Part shown: positions 9,205-20,800 of the stretch, in pieces | How the letters are laid out: the number at the start of each line of letters is the position of its first letter | Numbering within the stretch: position 1 is the stretch's first letter | Assembly (NCBI GenBank): GCA_963745075.1 | Contig: CAVUWV010000024.1 | Coordinates: 32,001 to 96,000 of the forward strand | Direction: 5' to 3' | DNA length: 64,000 bases | Source of the DNA: Candidatus Hydrogenedentota bacterium | GTDB lineage: Bacteria > Hydrogenedentota > Hydrogenedentia > Hydrogenedentales > SLHB01 | Notes under the pieces: model-generated | Told to the model about the DNA's origin: nothing | Database searches by the model: none | What the model saw: only the letters and a program-made list of their open reading frames with translations | Translations under genes and position numbers: made by a program

Positions 9205-10770
9205 ATGGATACGACACGGAAGCTTTCGGGGTGTATGGGGTGCCAAATCGACCGCCGGCGTTTTCTCGCCACGGGATGCGCAGCATGCATGGGGGCGGCG
9301 GGAGCGCTGTTTGCGCCTCGGCGAGTCCACGCGGCGCAGGGGGCGGAAAAGGCGCGTATCAAGATCGTCTATTCGCTTCATGCGGAAGTTCAACCCGGGC
9401 CGGACTGGCCGAACGTGGGATTCGATTTCCGTCCCGTGATGGAACGGATCACCAACGGGTTGACCCAGGCCTGCCCGGAATACGAAATCAGTTCCGCCAT
9501 GGCCACGGGACAGGAAGAGGCGGAGAAGATTCTCGCAGGGGATGCCTCCGCCGGCATCGACGGGTACATCGTCTATCAGATGAACTGCTGGAACAAGGTC
9601 GTGCAGTCCTTAGCCACGTCCGGAAAGCCGGTGCTCTACGCCGATTTCCAATTTGCGGGGAGCGGCGGGTTCCTCGTCTACACGGCGGGATTCCTTCGTA
9701 ACCAGACGCCGAACGTCGCTTTCGTCGCTTCGTCGGACTTCGATGATCTCGTTGCAGCAGCGAAATGCTTCGCGGTCGTCAAGGGCGGCGGCTCGCCGGT
9801 GGAGTTTGTCACGGCGGTCGCACGATCGCGGATCGAAAGTACCCCCAAGCCCGGCGATTTGACGTGTCTGCCGGATAAGTTAGAAGTGCTTTCTACGGAA
9901 GACTGTCTACGCCGAATCAGCGAATCCAAGATTCTTGCGATACGCGATCAGGAATCCGGCGAACAGCCGCCCATGTTCGGCATTGCGGTGCAGAAAGTGC
10001 CGTTCGCCGAATTGAACGATGCCTGGGCGGCGGCCGACAAGGATGAAGCCTCGGCAATCGCCGATAGTTGGCAACTGAACGCGCGGTCGGTGATCGATAT
10101 CCCTCGCGACGTTTTGGAAACGTCGGCGGCCATGTACCTCGGCGAGAAGGCGGTCTTGAAGAAGTACGACGCCAACGCGATCACCATCAACTGTCTCGGC
10201 GGATTCTATGGTGGGCACATTCACGCCTATCCATGCCTTGGCTTCCATCAGTTGAACAACGAAGGCCTCGTCGGCGGTTGTGAATGCGACGTTCGGTCTG
10301 CAGCCACGATGACGGCGTTTGGCGCGCTGACGCAAGGTCGTCCGGGCTACATTTCCGATCCGGTGATGGACACGGCGAAGCGGCAGATCATTTACGCGCA
10401 CTGCGTCGCGTCAAACCGCGCATTCGGGCCGGACGGCGAGGCGAATCCCTTCGACATCATGACCCACTCTGAGGATCGGCAAGGGGCGTCGGTCCGGTCG
10501 ATCCTTCCGGTGGGGTACATGACGACGACGCTCGAAGTCGACACGGACAAGAAGGAAATTCTTTTCCACCAGGGCAAAGCAGTCGCGAACGATCCCAACG
10601 ATCGGGCGTGCCGCACGAAACTGTGCGCGGAACCCGTGGGCGATTTCGAAAAGCTCTTCTCGGAATGGGACCGCTGGGGCTGGCACCGGGTCACGTTCTA
10701 CGGCGACATCAAGGAACCGGTCTTCGCGCTGGCGGATGCGACGGGATACAAGGTCGTAGAGGAGGCGTAG
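9205..10770 (+). CDS. Tat-exported L-fucose/L-arabinose isomerase-like protein
   Basis: DRRRFLA Tat motif. TINCL, YPCLGF, GCECD, AHC, CRTK and GWHRVTFYGD match the FucI/AraA-like C-terminal pattern. Confidence 0.65.
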   Translation: MDTTRKLSGCMGCQIDRRRFLATGCAACMGAAGALFAPRRVHAAQGAEKARIKIVYSLHAEVQPGPDWPNVGFDFRPVMERITNGLTQACPEYEISSAMATGQEEAEKILAGDASAGIDGYIVYQMNCWNKVVQSLATSGKPVLYADFQFAGSGGFLVYTAGFLRNQTPNVAFVASSDFDDLVAAAKCFAVVKGGGSPVEFVTAVARSRIESTPKPGDLTCLPDKLEVLSTEDCLRRISESKILAIRDQESGEQPPMFGIAVQKVPFAELNDAWAAADKDEASAIADSWQLNARSVIDIPRDVLETSAAMYLGEKAVLKKYDANAITINCLGGFYGGHIHAYPCLGFHQLNNEGLVGGCECDVRSAATMTAFGALTQGRPGYISDPVMDTAKRQIIYAHCVASNRAFGPDGEANPFDIMTHSEDRQGASVRSILPVGYMTTTLEVDTDKKEILFHQGKAVANDPNDRACRTKLCAEPVGDFEKLFSEWDRWGWHRVTFYGDIKEPVFALADATGYKVVEEA

Positions 10771-10950
10771 ACGGTAAGTCTTTGCGGCGATGGATCCCGG
10801 CTTTCGAGTCCGACCCGGACAAGGGCAAACCACGGCCATTGGTACAACTCGATTTGCGGGCCTTGTTCTTAGCAGCTTGCGAAGGATCTCTGAACGGTCA
10901 AGCGTTGGCGTGATGAGATCCTTCGCAAGTTCAGGATGACGCGGTGGTGC

Positions 10951-13259
10951 CTAATCCTCAGTGTATGGCTTCGGCATATCGAGTCGGAGCCAATCGTCGG
11001 TAAGTGCGAGGAGGGGACCGGGAATCGGCCCTGTCCAGCCCTGAATCGCGCCGTGCGTTTTCCCATTCTCGTCGTGCCAGTAGGCGACGTCGACAGGTTT
11101 GTCCAATCACAATGGCCACACCGCCGCCCCTGGAAGCTGCGCAATCCACCGGCCACAAGCGCATCCAACGCACCGTCGGGCGCGAATCTTACGGCGAGGA
11201 CCCCTTGCACGTCTGCGGAAACCGGCTGTCCCGCGAATTGGAATACACCCGAAATTGGATCGCCCGCGGCGATTTCCTTCCCGGACAGGAGAACTTCCGT
11301 CCCGTCGAGCAACCGAATGCGCCCCATTTGCGCGGGACACGCCGTGCCATTTCTGAGTTCGTCCGTGGCGGGAGTATTTGCGACGATGCCGCGCCAGTGA
11401 AGGTCATCGATGATTCGGGTTGCGGCATCGGCTGCATCCTCGCATGCGCTCATCACAGCGGGCAACGCGGTAATCCCATCGTAATCCTTGGCCAGAAAGT
11501 CCCTGGTCCACGTGCCAACGCGATAGAGCGAAGTCTGATGCGGGTCTACGCGCTGGAAAAATGACACAGTTGCCGGTGTCTCGAACTCGGGGTGATACAG
11601 GACGACGGCCGCGTAGCGTTGCGCGCCGTAATGGACGGTGCCCGTATCATCGACAGTAAGTGAATCCGATTCGATCTCGCTGGTGGGGATGAGGTCCGCG
11701 TAGTAGCCCGACTTCCACAAGGCATTCGTTACATCAAGTCCCACATCTTCATAGGTGGGACCGGCCCAGTTCATGGCGCACGCTTGGCCGAACACGACGG
11801 CCACGGGGCAATTCACGGGTGCATTCGTAACGAGGGGAATCAGCCGCAGGCGACACTCGCCGCGCATCAGGCCGTCTTTCAACAGTTCCCCGTAACGATC
11901 GAGCGGCGACAGGTTGTCCGGATTCGGATAGATGGGATGAAAATTGATGCGGCCGCCGCCGAGCGCATGCGTCCAGAGGCTTTGTTCATAGTCGGCGAGC
12001 TTGGTCGAATAGAACTGGTTGTACCAGACCGGACTGCCCCATTTCTTGGCGAGCGCGGTTCGCGCCGGGAACGGCGTCGTCTCATCGGTCTGACCCCAGT
12101 CACGGGTTGCCGCCCACCAATCCAGGCCGTTCTTCTTAAATTCCGGCGCACCCGGAAACGGCATCCACGTCGCATGGGTGACCACGGCGGCTTCCGGCCC
12201 GAAGAATTCCTTGGCCAAATGATAGTAATGGTCCTCGATGGCCGCGTTCCGTTGACGGGAAGTCCTGAGCAGCACGTTGATCGCGGCTTGGCGTTCGCGA
12301 TCCCGGCCGCGTTCACCTGCGTACATCAGCAGGCAGTCGCGAACGAGATCGCGACCACCCGTTGCCGCGGCGTACGCATCAGCGCGGAAGGTGGAGAACC
12401 AGTAGTCGTTCTTCGCGGGGCAGCCGTCGTAGCAGGGCGGGAACCCCCATTCGTCTTTCGCAATGCCGGCCAGGGCAATGTCTGCGTACTGCTCGATAAT
12501 TCCTCGCTGGAATTCGAGGAGGTGTGGCGCGTAGACCGCGGGCGTCAGCAGCGTGAACGCGGCGATAACGCAGGCCGTGCGGCCGCTCGTGGACACATCG
12601 CTGGGTATTCCGACGCGAACCTCCTTGCCGGAGGCGACTTTGACGGTGCATTGGCGCGTAATGTCTTTAACGGTGTCCGGCTCGATACCATTATCCGAAT
12701 TCACAAAGGAGTAGACACGTACCAATCGACCGGACAGCGGTTCGTAGGGAGTGGTGTTTCCCGTCATGTGATCCCGGAGCACCTCGGACTCAATGGCGAA
12801 CTCCACCTCGTTTTCATCGAACAGTTGCACCGTTCGCAGCCGTAGCATCTCCTGCTGTTCGTCGGGATACTGCTTACGGAACGCTTCTCGCGCCAAGCGA
12901 ACGTCCAGGTCAAGGGCGACATCGAGACCCCGTTCCTTGGCGTACGCCACCGCTTTCTTCACCTGATCGTGCAGTGCCGGGTTCGTGACTTCGTACTTGC
13001 TGATGCGAAAACTCGTGGTGAGCAGGTCGTAGGGCGAGTGCTCGGCGAAGAGATCGAGGTAAGGCTTGTACCCGTCCGGTTCCAGCACGTCGTCCCACCA
13101 GAACCATGCGCCGATCGAGGGTTGGGTCCCTTCGGGCAGACGAATGGCTGAGGAATCTTGTGCGTGAGTGATCGATGCGATGATTGCAACACACACGAAG
13201 CCGATCGCTTTGATGCTAGCCAGCACGAATTTAGTTACTGTGGTTTGCGATGTATGCAC
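10951..13259 (-). CDS. Secreted hypothetical protein, possible glycoside hydrolase; two frameshifts near 11110-11130
   Basis: Signal peptide and KDEWGFP motif. The plausible C-terminus LDKPVDVAYWHDENGKTHGAIQGW..LALTDDWLRL..TED* lies in another frame, ending at the TAG at 10951. Confidence 0.65.
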
Positions 13260-13359
13260 GTGAACCCCCTTGGACCTTCTGCACCTGTCCCGGAGGGAAT
13301 TCTAGAACCTGACCCGATTCCACGCAACTCGATACGCCGTCAAGCTGCGTGAGACCTGT

Positions 13360-13388
13360 TTGACCTTCCCGCCAACACAGGGTAGATT
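13360..13388 (+). promoter_or_regulatory. Sigma70-like promoter
   Basis: TTGACC-N17-TAGATT upstream of the DJ-1/PfpI gene. Confidence 0.5.
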
Positions 13389-13571
13389 CTCTTTCAACAT
13401 CCAGGTAGGGAGCTGTATGGAGGTGCCTGTGTCACTACGTGTGTTAAGGGACGGCCTGTTCTCACGCCGGGATTCTTCGAGCGTCGCGGTTGCCGGTGCG
13501 GTTGCAGCCGCGGGCGCGCAGCGCAGGCCGGGGAACCGTAAGTTCCGCGCCACGCTGAAGAGGAGCGAACC

Positions 13572-14147
13572 ATGGACAAAGTCTTGATCGTCATCGGCGA
13601 CGCGTCAGAGACGCTGGATACGATGTATCCCTATTACCGCCTGCAGGAGGCCGGGTTCACCCCCGTGGTGGCGGCGCCGGAAAAGCGCCGGTATCAGATG
13701 GTGTTGCACGAGGTAAAGCCCGGGTGGACCATCACGAAAGAGTGGGAGGGCTACACCCTCGAAGCGGATATCGCCTTTGCCGATGTCAATCCCGAGAAGT
13801 ACGCGGGCATCATGTTCTCCGGCGGTCGCGCACCCGAGTACATCCGCGACGATCCCGATCTTATTCGCATGACCCGCCACTTCTTCGACGCCGGCAAACC
13901 CATCGCCAGCGTGTGCCACGGCGTGGAAATTCCCGCGCGGGCCGGCTGCGTTGACGGACGGCGCATGGCCACGGTGGCCAAATGCCAATTCGATCTCGAA
14001 GTGTGCGGCGGCGTCTACGTGAATGAACCCTGCGTGATCGACGGGAATCTCGTAAGCGGCCGCACGTTCCACGACAACGGTTACTACGTTGGGCCGTGGA
14101 TCAAGATGCTTGAAGAGGCACGGGCGACCGCTTCGGCTGGTGCGTGA
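13572..14147 (+). CDS. DJ-1/PfpI family protein
   Basis: GDASE, SGGRAPEYIR, ASVCHG nucleophile elbow, DGNLVSGR. RBS GAGGAG. Confidence 0.9.
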   Translation: MDKVLIVIGDASETLDTMYPYYRLQEAGFTPVVAAPEKRRYQMVLHEVKPGWTITKEWEGYTLEADIAFADVNPEKYAGIMFSGGRAPEYIRDDPDLIRMTRHFFDAGKPIASVCHGVEIPARAGCVDGRRMATVAKCQFDLEVCGGVYVNEPCVIDGNLVSGRTFHDNGYYVGPWIKMLEEARATASAGA

Positions 14148-14348
14148 CGTTTGATGGCCGCGGGAGAACCCCTTCACTCGATTAAAGGTACGCGATCGCT
14201 ATGGAAAGCGCTTGGAGCAGGCTAGCGGCTCCTTGTGGCGGACGCCGTGAGTGAGGATTATCGTTCCGCTGCACCGCACTCGACTTGGCAGACCACACGC
14301 CCGCGGTGTATAGTGATGTTCAGCGTGCAAGGGTGTCAGGTGAGCGCC

Positions 14349-15314
14349 ATGAGCAACATACTGACAGACGAACAGATTGTGTCGTTCTTCGGCCAAGGGT
14401 ACCTTGTTGCCGAAGACGTGTTCCGGGACGCGGATTTCCAACTGGTAATCAGCGACATTTCGAACGAGGTCAATCGCCGTGCCACCGCCCTCGTCGAACA
14501 GGGTAAGTTGGGCAGCACGTACAGTGACGCCGGTTTCGAGCGGCAATTGGCCCTCATCAGTCAGGAAACGGATGAACTCGCGGTGTCCATCTGGAATGGC
14601 GCTCTGAGCGGCCCCGGCATCTTCCAAATGCTGAGTCATCCCCGGCTTCTGGATATCGCTGAAGCGTTTTGCGGCCCCGAAATTATTGCGAGCAGCGTGT
14701 ATCGCCTCCGCCCAAAGATTCCCAATTACGGATACGGCGCCGTGCCATGGCATCAGGACTCAGGATATCTGGAACCTTACTGCGACGGAGAGCTGGTGAT
14801 TACCGTGTGGCTGCCGCTCGTCGATGCGAACGAAGCAAACGGCTGCTTGTGGGTGATTCCCGGCTCGCACCGGTCACCGGTAGTGACCCATCGACTGCAC
14901 GAAAGCGGCAAGTATCTCGAAATCCCGAAGGACGACTTGCCGCCGGGCGAGCCGGTTATCTGCCCCGTGAAGAAAGGCGGCGTTCTGCTACTGACCAACC
15001 GCACCGTCCATGGCAGTTATGAGAACACATCGGACATCGTGCGTTGGAGCATGGACTTGCGCTATCAGAGCGCGGTCCTTCCTACCAATGCCCCTATTAC
15101 GCGGTTCCAGCACGAAGACACACCTTCCGTGTCTACGGGCGTGCCGGCGGCATGTTATCCGCCGGAAGCGGATTTCCTGGTGCGGAGCCGGCATCGGCCC
15201 GACGAAGTGATCCGCACGGCTGACGCTTTCAACGCTCTGCGTCGCAATCACCCGCCTGCCGAAGTAACCAACCGCTGGGGGGTGAACTGGGCCGCACCGA
15301 AGGTGGACGGCTAG
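14349..15314 (+). CDS. Phytanoyl-CoA dioxygenase (PhyH) family 2OG/Fe(II) oxygenase
   Basis: PWHQD HxD motif, TVWLPL, NGCLWVIPGSH, HGS..N.S..VRWSMDLRY. Confidence 0.9.
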   Translation: MSNILTDEQIVSFFGQGYLVAEDVFRDADFQLVISDISNEVNRRATALVEQGKLGSTYSDAGFERQLALISQETDELAVSIWNGALSGPGIFQMLSHPRLLDIAEAFCGPEIIASSVYRLRPKIPNYGYGAVPWHQDSGYLEPYCDGELVITVWLPLVDANEANGCLWVIPGSHRSPVVTHRLHESGKYLEIPKDDLPPGEPVICPVKKGGVLLLTNRTVHGSYENTSDIVRWSMDLRYQSAVLPTNAPITRFQHEDTPSVSTGVPAACYPPEADFLVRSRHRPDEVIRTADAFNALRRNHPPAEVTNRWGVNWAAPKVDG

Positions 15315-15740
15315 TCACGGACAGTGGAAGACCTCTTCCATGGACGCCCACCACTCGCCTTCTTTGCGGTGCTTTACGGCGAACTGGCAGGGGTCGGTTT
15401 CCTTCCACCACTTCTGTGTCACGGGGTCGGCGGCCATTTTCGCCATGTCGGCGTCGATATCCTTGCCCGTGTATTCAAAGTAACTAAAGAGGTAGAACTT
15501 GTCGTCATCGAGCTGATGAAGATAGATCGAATAGTTGCGGATGTTGCATTCCTCGATCTTCTTCAGGACTTCCGGCCACGCGTTCGCGTGCAGCTTTTTG
15601 TAGTACTCGATTTTGTCGGCCTTTAGACCGATCACGCTGCCGAAGCGCTGCACCTCGGGTGCTGCCTCCACGCTGTGGTACAGACAAGCCACAGCAAAGA
15701 ATGCGACCGGAATAGAAACTCCAATGGCGATTTTACGCAT
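15315..15740 (-). CDS. L-rhamnose mutarotase family protein with an N-terminal signal-like extension
   Basis: YKKLHANAWPEV, NIRNYSIYL, LFSYFEYTG, QKWW, MEEVFH. Confidence 0.85.
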   Translation of the reverse strand: MRKIAIGVSIPVAFFAVACLYHSVEAAPEVQRFGSVIGLKADKIEYYKKLHANAWPEVLKKIEECNIRNYSIYLHQLDDDKFYLFSYFEYTGKDIDADMAKMAADPVTQKWWKETDPCQFAVKHRKEGEWWASMEEVFHCP

Positions 15741-15795
15741 AGTTCCGGCTCCCTCTTTATCGGCCCAACAAAGAATCCAGCTTTATGCGAGAACT

Positions 15796-16027
15796 CTTTG
15801 GAGTGCGGCCGCTTGCGGCTGCTTTTCTTTAACCGATCATGTCTCACCCAACTTTAGCCGCGCCACTCCATACGCAGCAACATATGAGACTCTACACAAA
15901 TCCAAAGGCAAGCGCGCGATCCGGAGCAAGCGCGACTCGTGCTTCGCCCGGAGTTACGTGTCACGCAAGTCTTCGGGCCACCGCGATGTACTTAAGAAAA
16001 GCAGCCGCAAGCGGCCGCACTCCAAAG
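15796..16027. repeat. REPIN-like element with 34-bp perfect inverted repeats
   Basis: CTTTGGAGTGCGGCCGCTTGCGGCTGCTTTTCTT (15796-15829) and its reverse complement at 15994-16027. Confidence 0.85.
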
Positions 16028-16082
16028 CGTCACCGCCAGAAGGCGTACCCCGAATCGCGTTGCGGTGTATATCGCACAGCGG

Positions 16083-17693
16083 TCAACGGAATATCACGTA
16101 TAACCCCACCATCACGAGACACAATACGGCTGCGACGACATGATAACTTTCAAAATCCCGGCCCGCCTCGCGCCGGAACGGGGCCAAGGGGCTCGACCAC
16201 GTCAAGGCCGCCCGCTGCTCCGAAGGCGCGTCCGGCGACAGGATCGAAACCGGAATCATGATGGCGCTGCACAACACCGCCAGGTAAAACCCCGCCATCA
16301 TGAACGGCACGCTCCATCCGGTCGTTTCCTTGAACCAATCGAGGAGAAAGACGGTAAACCCGAGCGCGGATCCGGCGATGAGTGTAACTATCGCGCCTTT
16401 TGCCGAAGCGCCGCGCCAGAAGACGCCCAGCACGAACACCACGGTGATGGGCGGCGCGATGTAGCAGATCGCGGCGTTGATACCCTGGAACACGGAGGGG
16501 TAACGCCCGAGCCATGGTGACCACAAAACCGCCAGGATCAATCCGACGAGGGTGGCCCATCGTCCGACCCGCACTAGGGCTTCATCGTTTGCGTCCGGAT
16601 AGAAGCGGCGATAGATATCGTGGGAGAATAGCGTTGCCGCCGAATTTAGCGCACCGGATACGGTGCTCATCAATGCCGCCAACAGAGCCGCGGCCACCAG
16701 GCCCCGCAAGCCGGCCGGCAACAAGTGGCTGATCATGAAGGCGTACACCTGTTCCGAATTCTCGAGCGTGTCCGGCAGATTCCCCTGCTTGATCAGCGCC
16801 GCACAGATTAGGCCGGGCAGGACGAAGATGAAAACGGGCAGGATCTTGATGAACCCGGCGAACAAGGGTCCCAGCCGCGCCTGCCGTTCGTCCTTCGCGC
16901 CGAGTACCCGCTGCACGATGGTCTGATCCGTGCACCAGTACCAGATGCCGATGACGGGATACCCGAGAAAGACCGAGTACCACGGCAGCCCCGACGCATC
17001 GCCGGCCGGCCGCAGCATGGTCAATTGGTGCGGATCGATGGTCTCGGTAATGCCAGCCCAGCCGCCCGCGCGGTAATAGGCCGTCGCGGTCAGGATGATT
17101 GCCCCGAGTACCAGGATGACCGTTTGGACCGATTCGGTGATTACCACGGCCATCAGGCCGCCGACGATTGTATACGTTCCCGTCACGATGGCGACAAGAA
17201 TGATGCTGGTCATTTTGCCGATGCCGAACAGGCCTTCCAGCACAACGGCCCCGGCATAGAAGGTGAATCCAATGTGGATGAAGATCGCGGATACGATGGA
17301 CATCAGCGTCAGCCAGTCCCGGCTCGCGCGGCTGTAGCGGCGTTCGAGGAACTCCGGGAGCGTCGACACGCGCGTGCGAATGTAGAACGGCGCGAAGAAG
17401 AGGGCCAAAATGATGAGGGTGAACCCGGCCATCCACTCGAAGTTGCCGTAGGCCAGCCCGTTCGTATATCCCTCCTGGGCTAGGCTGACGAGGTGGACCG
17501 TCGAGATGTTGGTGGCGAATAGGGCCAACCCAATGACCGGCCAACGCAAGCTGCGACCCGCCAGAAAGAAGCCCGTATCCCGGTCATCGCCGCGACGGCG
17601 GAGTCCCGCCCACAGGCCCAAACCTACGATACCGATCAGATATGTGGCGAGGACCGTGAGGTCCAGCATTCCGAGACTGCCCGGAGTATCCAT
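16083..17693 (-). CDS. Sodium:solute symporter (SSS) family sugar transporter
   Basis: FFLAGRSL, LFATNIS, PEFLERRY, WYWCTDQTIVQRVLGAK, LAALMST. Confidence 0.93.
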   Translation of the reverse strand: MDTPGSLGMLDLTVLATYLIGIVGLGLWAGLRRRGDDRDTGFFLAGRSLRWPVIGLALFATNISTVHLVSLAQEGYTNGLAYGNFEWMAGFTLIILALFFAPFYIRTRVSTLPEFLERRYSRASRDWLTLMSIVSAIFIHIGFTFYAGAVVLEGLFGIGKMTSIILVAIVTGTYTIVGGLMAVVITESVQTVILVLGAIILTATAYYRAGGWAGITETIDPHQLTMLRPAGDASGLPWYSVFLGYPVIGIWYWCTDQTIVQRVLGAKDERQARLGPLFAGFIKILPVFIFVLPGLICAALIKQGNLPDTLENSEQVYAFMISHLLPAGLRGLVAAALLAALMSTVSGALNSAATLFSHDIYRRFYPDANDEALVRVGRWATLVGLILAVLWSPWLGRYPSVFQGINAAICYIAPPITVVFVLGVFWRGASAKGAIVTLIAGSALGFTVFLLDWFKETTGWSVPFMMAGFYLAVLCSAIMIPVSILSPDAPSEQRAALTWSSPLAPFRREAGRDFESYHVVAAVLCLVMVGLYVIFR

Positions 17694-17879
17694 GGAACAA
17701 CCCCCTCCCGCCCAACAAATCCGGCCCACACGATACCACAATCGGCCTTTGATCCGGATAGTTTTGCGCCGTGTGAAATCCCGTGTGTGCTACGATGGGC
17801 CAAGGTGCGCGGAGCATGTTTGCGCGAGACATAGGTGGTCAATCTTGCACGGCTGATACAACCTGTTGGGAGTTTTGCG

Positions 17880-20800
17880 ATGAGACTTTTCCCAATTCTG
17901 CTTGTCTCTGCTTGTATTTGCGCATATGCGCAAACTCCCATTCCGAATTCGGATACCGTAAACTGCTATACGCCGGTTGACGGCGGATGGCACCTGCGCG
18001 TATCGGGCACGAACCAAGTTCCCGCGCTCTCGCCGGAGTCGGCAATCGGTGTCGTCCAGGACAATCCGCGGCTGCATCGGCGTCCTCTGTTTCCACCGGC
18101 CGACCGGTCGCTCATCTGGAACGAAGACCAACGTGAGAAGCTTCAGCGGTACGGATTCCGTCCTCTGGTTTTGGCCTACGTCGAGCCGCGGTTTTTGTTC
18201 GACTTTCATTCCGCGGGCGGGTTGTTGGGACATCTGCGGCTGGGATTGATCAAAGACAATACGTCGAAATGGCTGGACGAATGGTCTGAGATCGACGTGC
18301 AGTACGTCGACGGCAGTATGGACTACGTCATTCACGATCCGGAGTTCCCGGACATTTCTGTTGCGTTGTCTGCGGTGCCCTTGGCCAACAGTGCGGGCTT
18401 AATCCTCCGCATCACCGTTACAGGCGGCGAAGGGTGCGAACTCGTGTGGACCTATGGCGGCGCATCGGCCTTCTCTACAAACTACGCGATGACGGCCCCG
18501 GAGTTCTCATTCACGCCGAAACAATGTGCGAAGGACGAGTGGACCCTGGACGGTCACGTCTTCACGCTGCGCCGTGCGTTCGACAAGGATGACGTTTACA
18601 TGAACGAAGTCTTCGCGGCCGCGCGGTATCTGGACGATTGGGTCGCGACAATTCAGGCCGGCAGCGATTGGCGCGGGCAGACTGGTTTGGGCGATCCCGC
18701 AGCATTCGTCAAATCGCCGACGGACTTGGTGAAGGCTACGGAATGGCACGAGAATACCGCCTCGGGGAAGAATCGAGTGGCCGTCGAGCGGGTCAAACTC
18801 ACCAAGGACGAAACTCGCGTGCACGTGGTCGCCGGCATGGGCGGAAACGTTGCCGAAGCGATCGAACATCCAAAAAGGGCCATGGACGCGGCGCTGAAGC
18901 GTAATGCGAATATCGCCGATCGAGTTCGAATTCAGACTCCTGACCCTTACCTTAATGCTGCGATGACCATGATGGCGTTCTCGACCGAGGGGACGTGGGG
19001 CGACACGGCGATACTTCATGGCGCGTGGTCCTGGCGTTTCGCCTACCTCGGTTGGCGGGGCTGGTACGGCCCAATGTGCTACGGCTGGACGGATCGCATT
19101 CGCGAGTCTATCGAAAACCACACCACGCTCGGCCTCGTCAAGGAAGGCCCCGATATGGGCGCGCTGGGTTCCTTGCTCGAATACGAGCCCGGCGTCTTCT
19201 ACAACATGAACGAGGTGTTTCTTGACCAAACACGGAAGTACTACGAGTACACCGGCGACGTAGAGTTGATGCGCCGGATCCTTCCCATCCTGCAAGGAAT
19301 CCTCGCGTGGGAGGATCGGCGATTGCAGCCGAAGGGCGAGTCGCTTTACGAAAACAGCCTCAACACGTGGATCAGTGATTCGCACTGGTACATCGGCGGT
19401 CAGTGCACGCAGGCCTCCGCGTACATGCTGAACGCCAATCGGTTCGTCGGCGATTTGGCGGAGCGGCTGGGTGAAGACCCCACGCCGTATCGGCAACGTG
19501 CCGACCAGATTCGTGCCGCAATGCAGGAGAAACTCTGGATGCCCGATCGCGGTGTGTTTGCGGAGTATCTCGATACGCGTGGCCATCAGATGCTGCACAC
19601 GGAGCCGGAGCTGCCGACCATCTATCACTCCGCGGAATTCGGGGCCGCCGATCCTCGGCAGATCGTTCATATGCTGCAATGGGTGGATGCGAATCTGAAG
19701 GTGGAAACGACTCCCGGTGGGGGCAAGCTGGTGTGGAGTTCCAACTGGTATCCCAACCACGCCCGTAGCTACACGCACAGCACCCACGAACTCGCATATG
19801 CCGAAGATCTGAATCTTGCGCTGACGAATTACCTTGCCGGGCGGGCCGATGACGCGTACGCCATTCTTCGTGGCGTTCTGTGCGGCATCTACAATGGCCC
19901 AACGCCCGGTGGTCTGGCTTGCCACACCTATGTCGATGGCCGCCAGCGCGCAAATGACGAGTTCGCCGACGCCATCAGCATGTGGGGCCGTGCCGTCGTG
20001 GAAGGGCTGTTCGGCATCGTTCCAAATCGCCCCAAGGGATATGTCACGCTCAGTCCCCAGTTCCCCTCGGATTGGTCCGATGCGTCGATTACATCGCCAG
20101 CGCTTTCGTACACGTGGCATCGGGGCGGGGGAGTGGCGACCATCGAATGGTCGTCGCCGGTTGAAACGTCGATACATCTCCGTTTGCCACTTTCGTCGGA
20201 ATCCGTAGATGAAGCATCGATCGACGGCAAACCGATACAGGTTTCTGTCGAGCCCGGCTATGCGGGTGTTAATTGGGCGTGTTTAATTACTCCCGTCGGC
20301 AAGTCCGGGACAATTCGCGTGACGTATACGCCGGAAACGATCGCTACCATTCCTCCTGCGCCGCAGTGCGAGGAAAGGTATCCTGTACGCGACACGTGGT
20401 CGCCGCCGGGGGAAGCGGGCAAGGACCTCGCCCATTGGACCATCATCGATCTCGCAGACACTTTCAATGCGCGTGTGACAGAAGTGCTTCCCCGCGTGAC
20501 CGAGAAGGCCGTGGCGCCCGAAATGCCCGCGAGTCAAGTGGGGTTCGGTTATTGGAAACAGCATCTGCTCCAGTACCACGGCAGCCGCAACCAGGAAATC
20601 AGCGACGCGGCCTGGCGCAATAAGGTTGGCGAGGACGGAATAGCCTGGGTCACGGACGGCATCCCGTTCAAAACCTCCAAAGACGGCCCGAACATCGGTG
20701 TTGTCTCCCGGGCCGGTGGGTTCCCCGAAACGTTGACCATCCCCGTCGCCGCGAAGGGTCAGGCGCTTTACCTCATGCTCAGCGGCATGACGTTTCCCGT

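Noticed and set aside
10791..10806. Partial REP arm TGGATCCCGGCTTTCG
   Set aside because: Partner arm absent; too degenerate to call.
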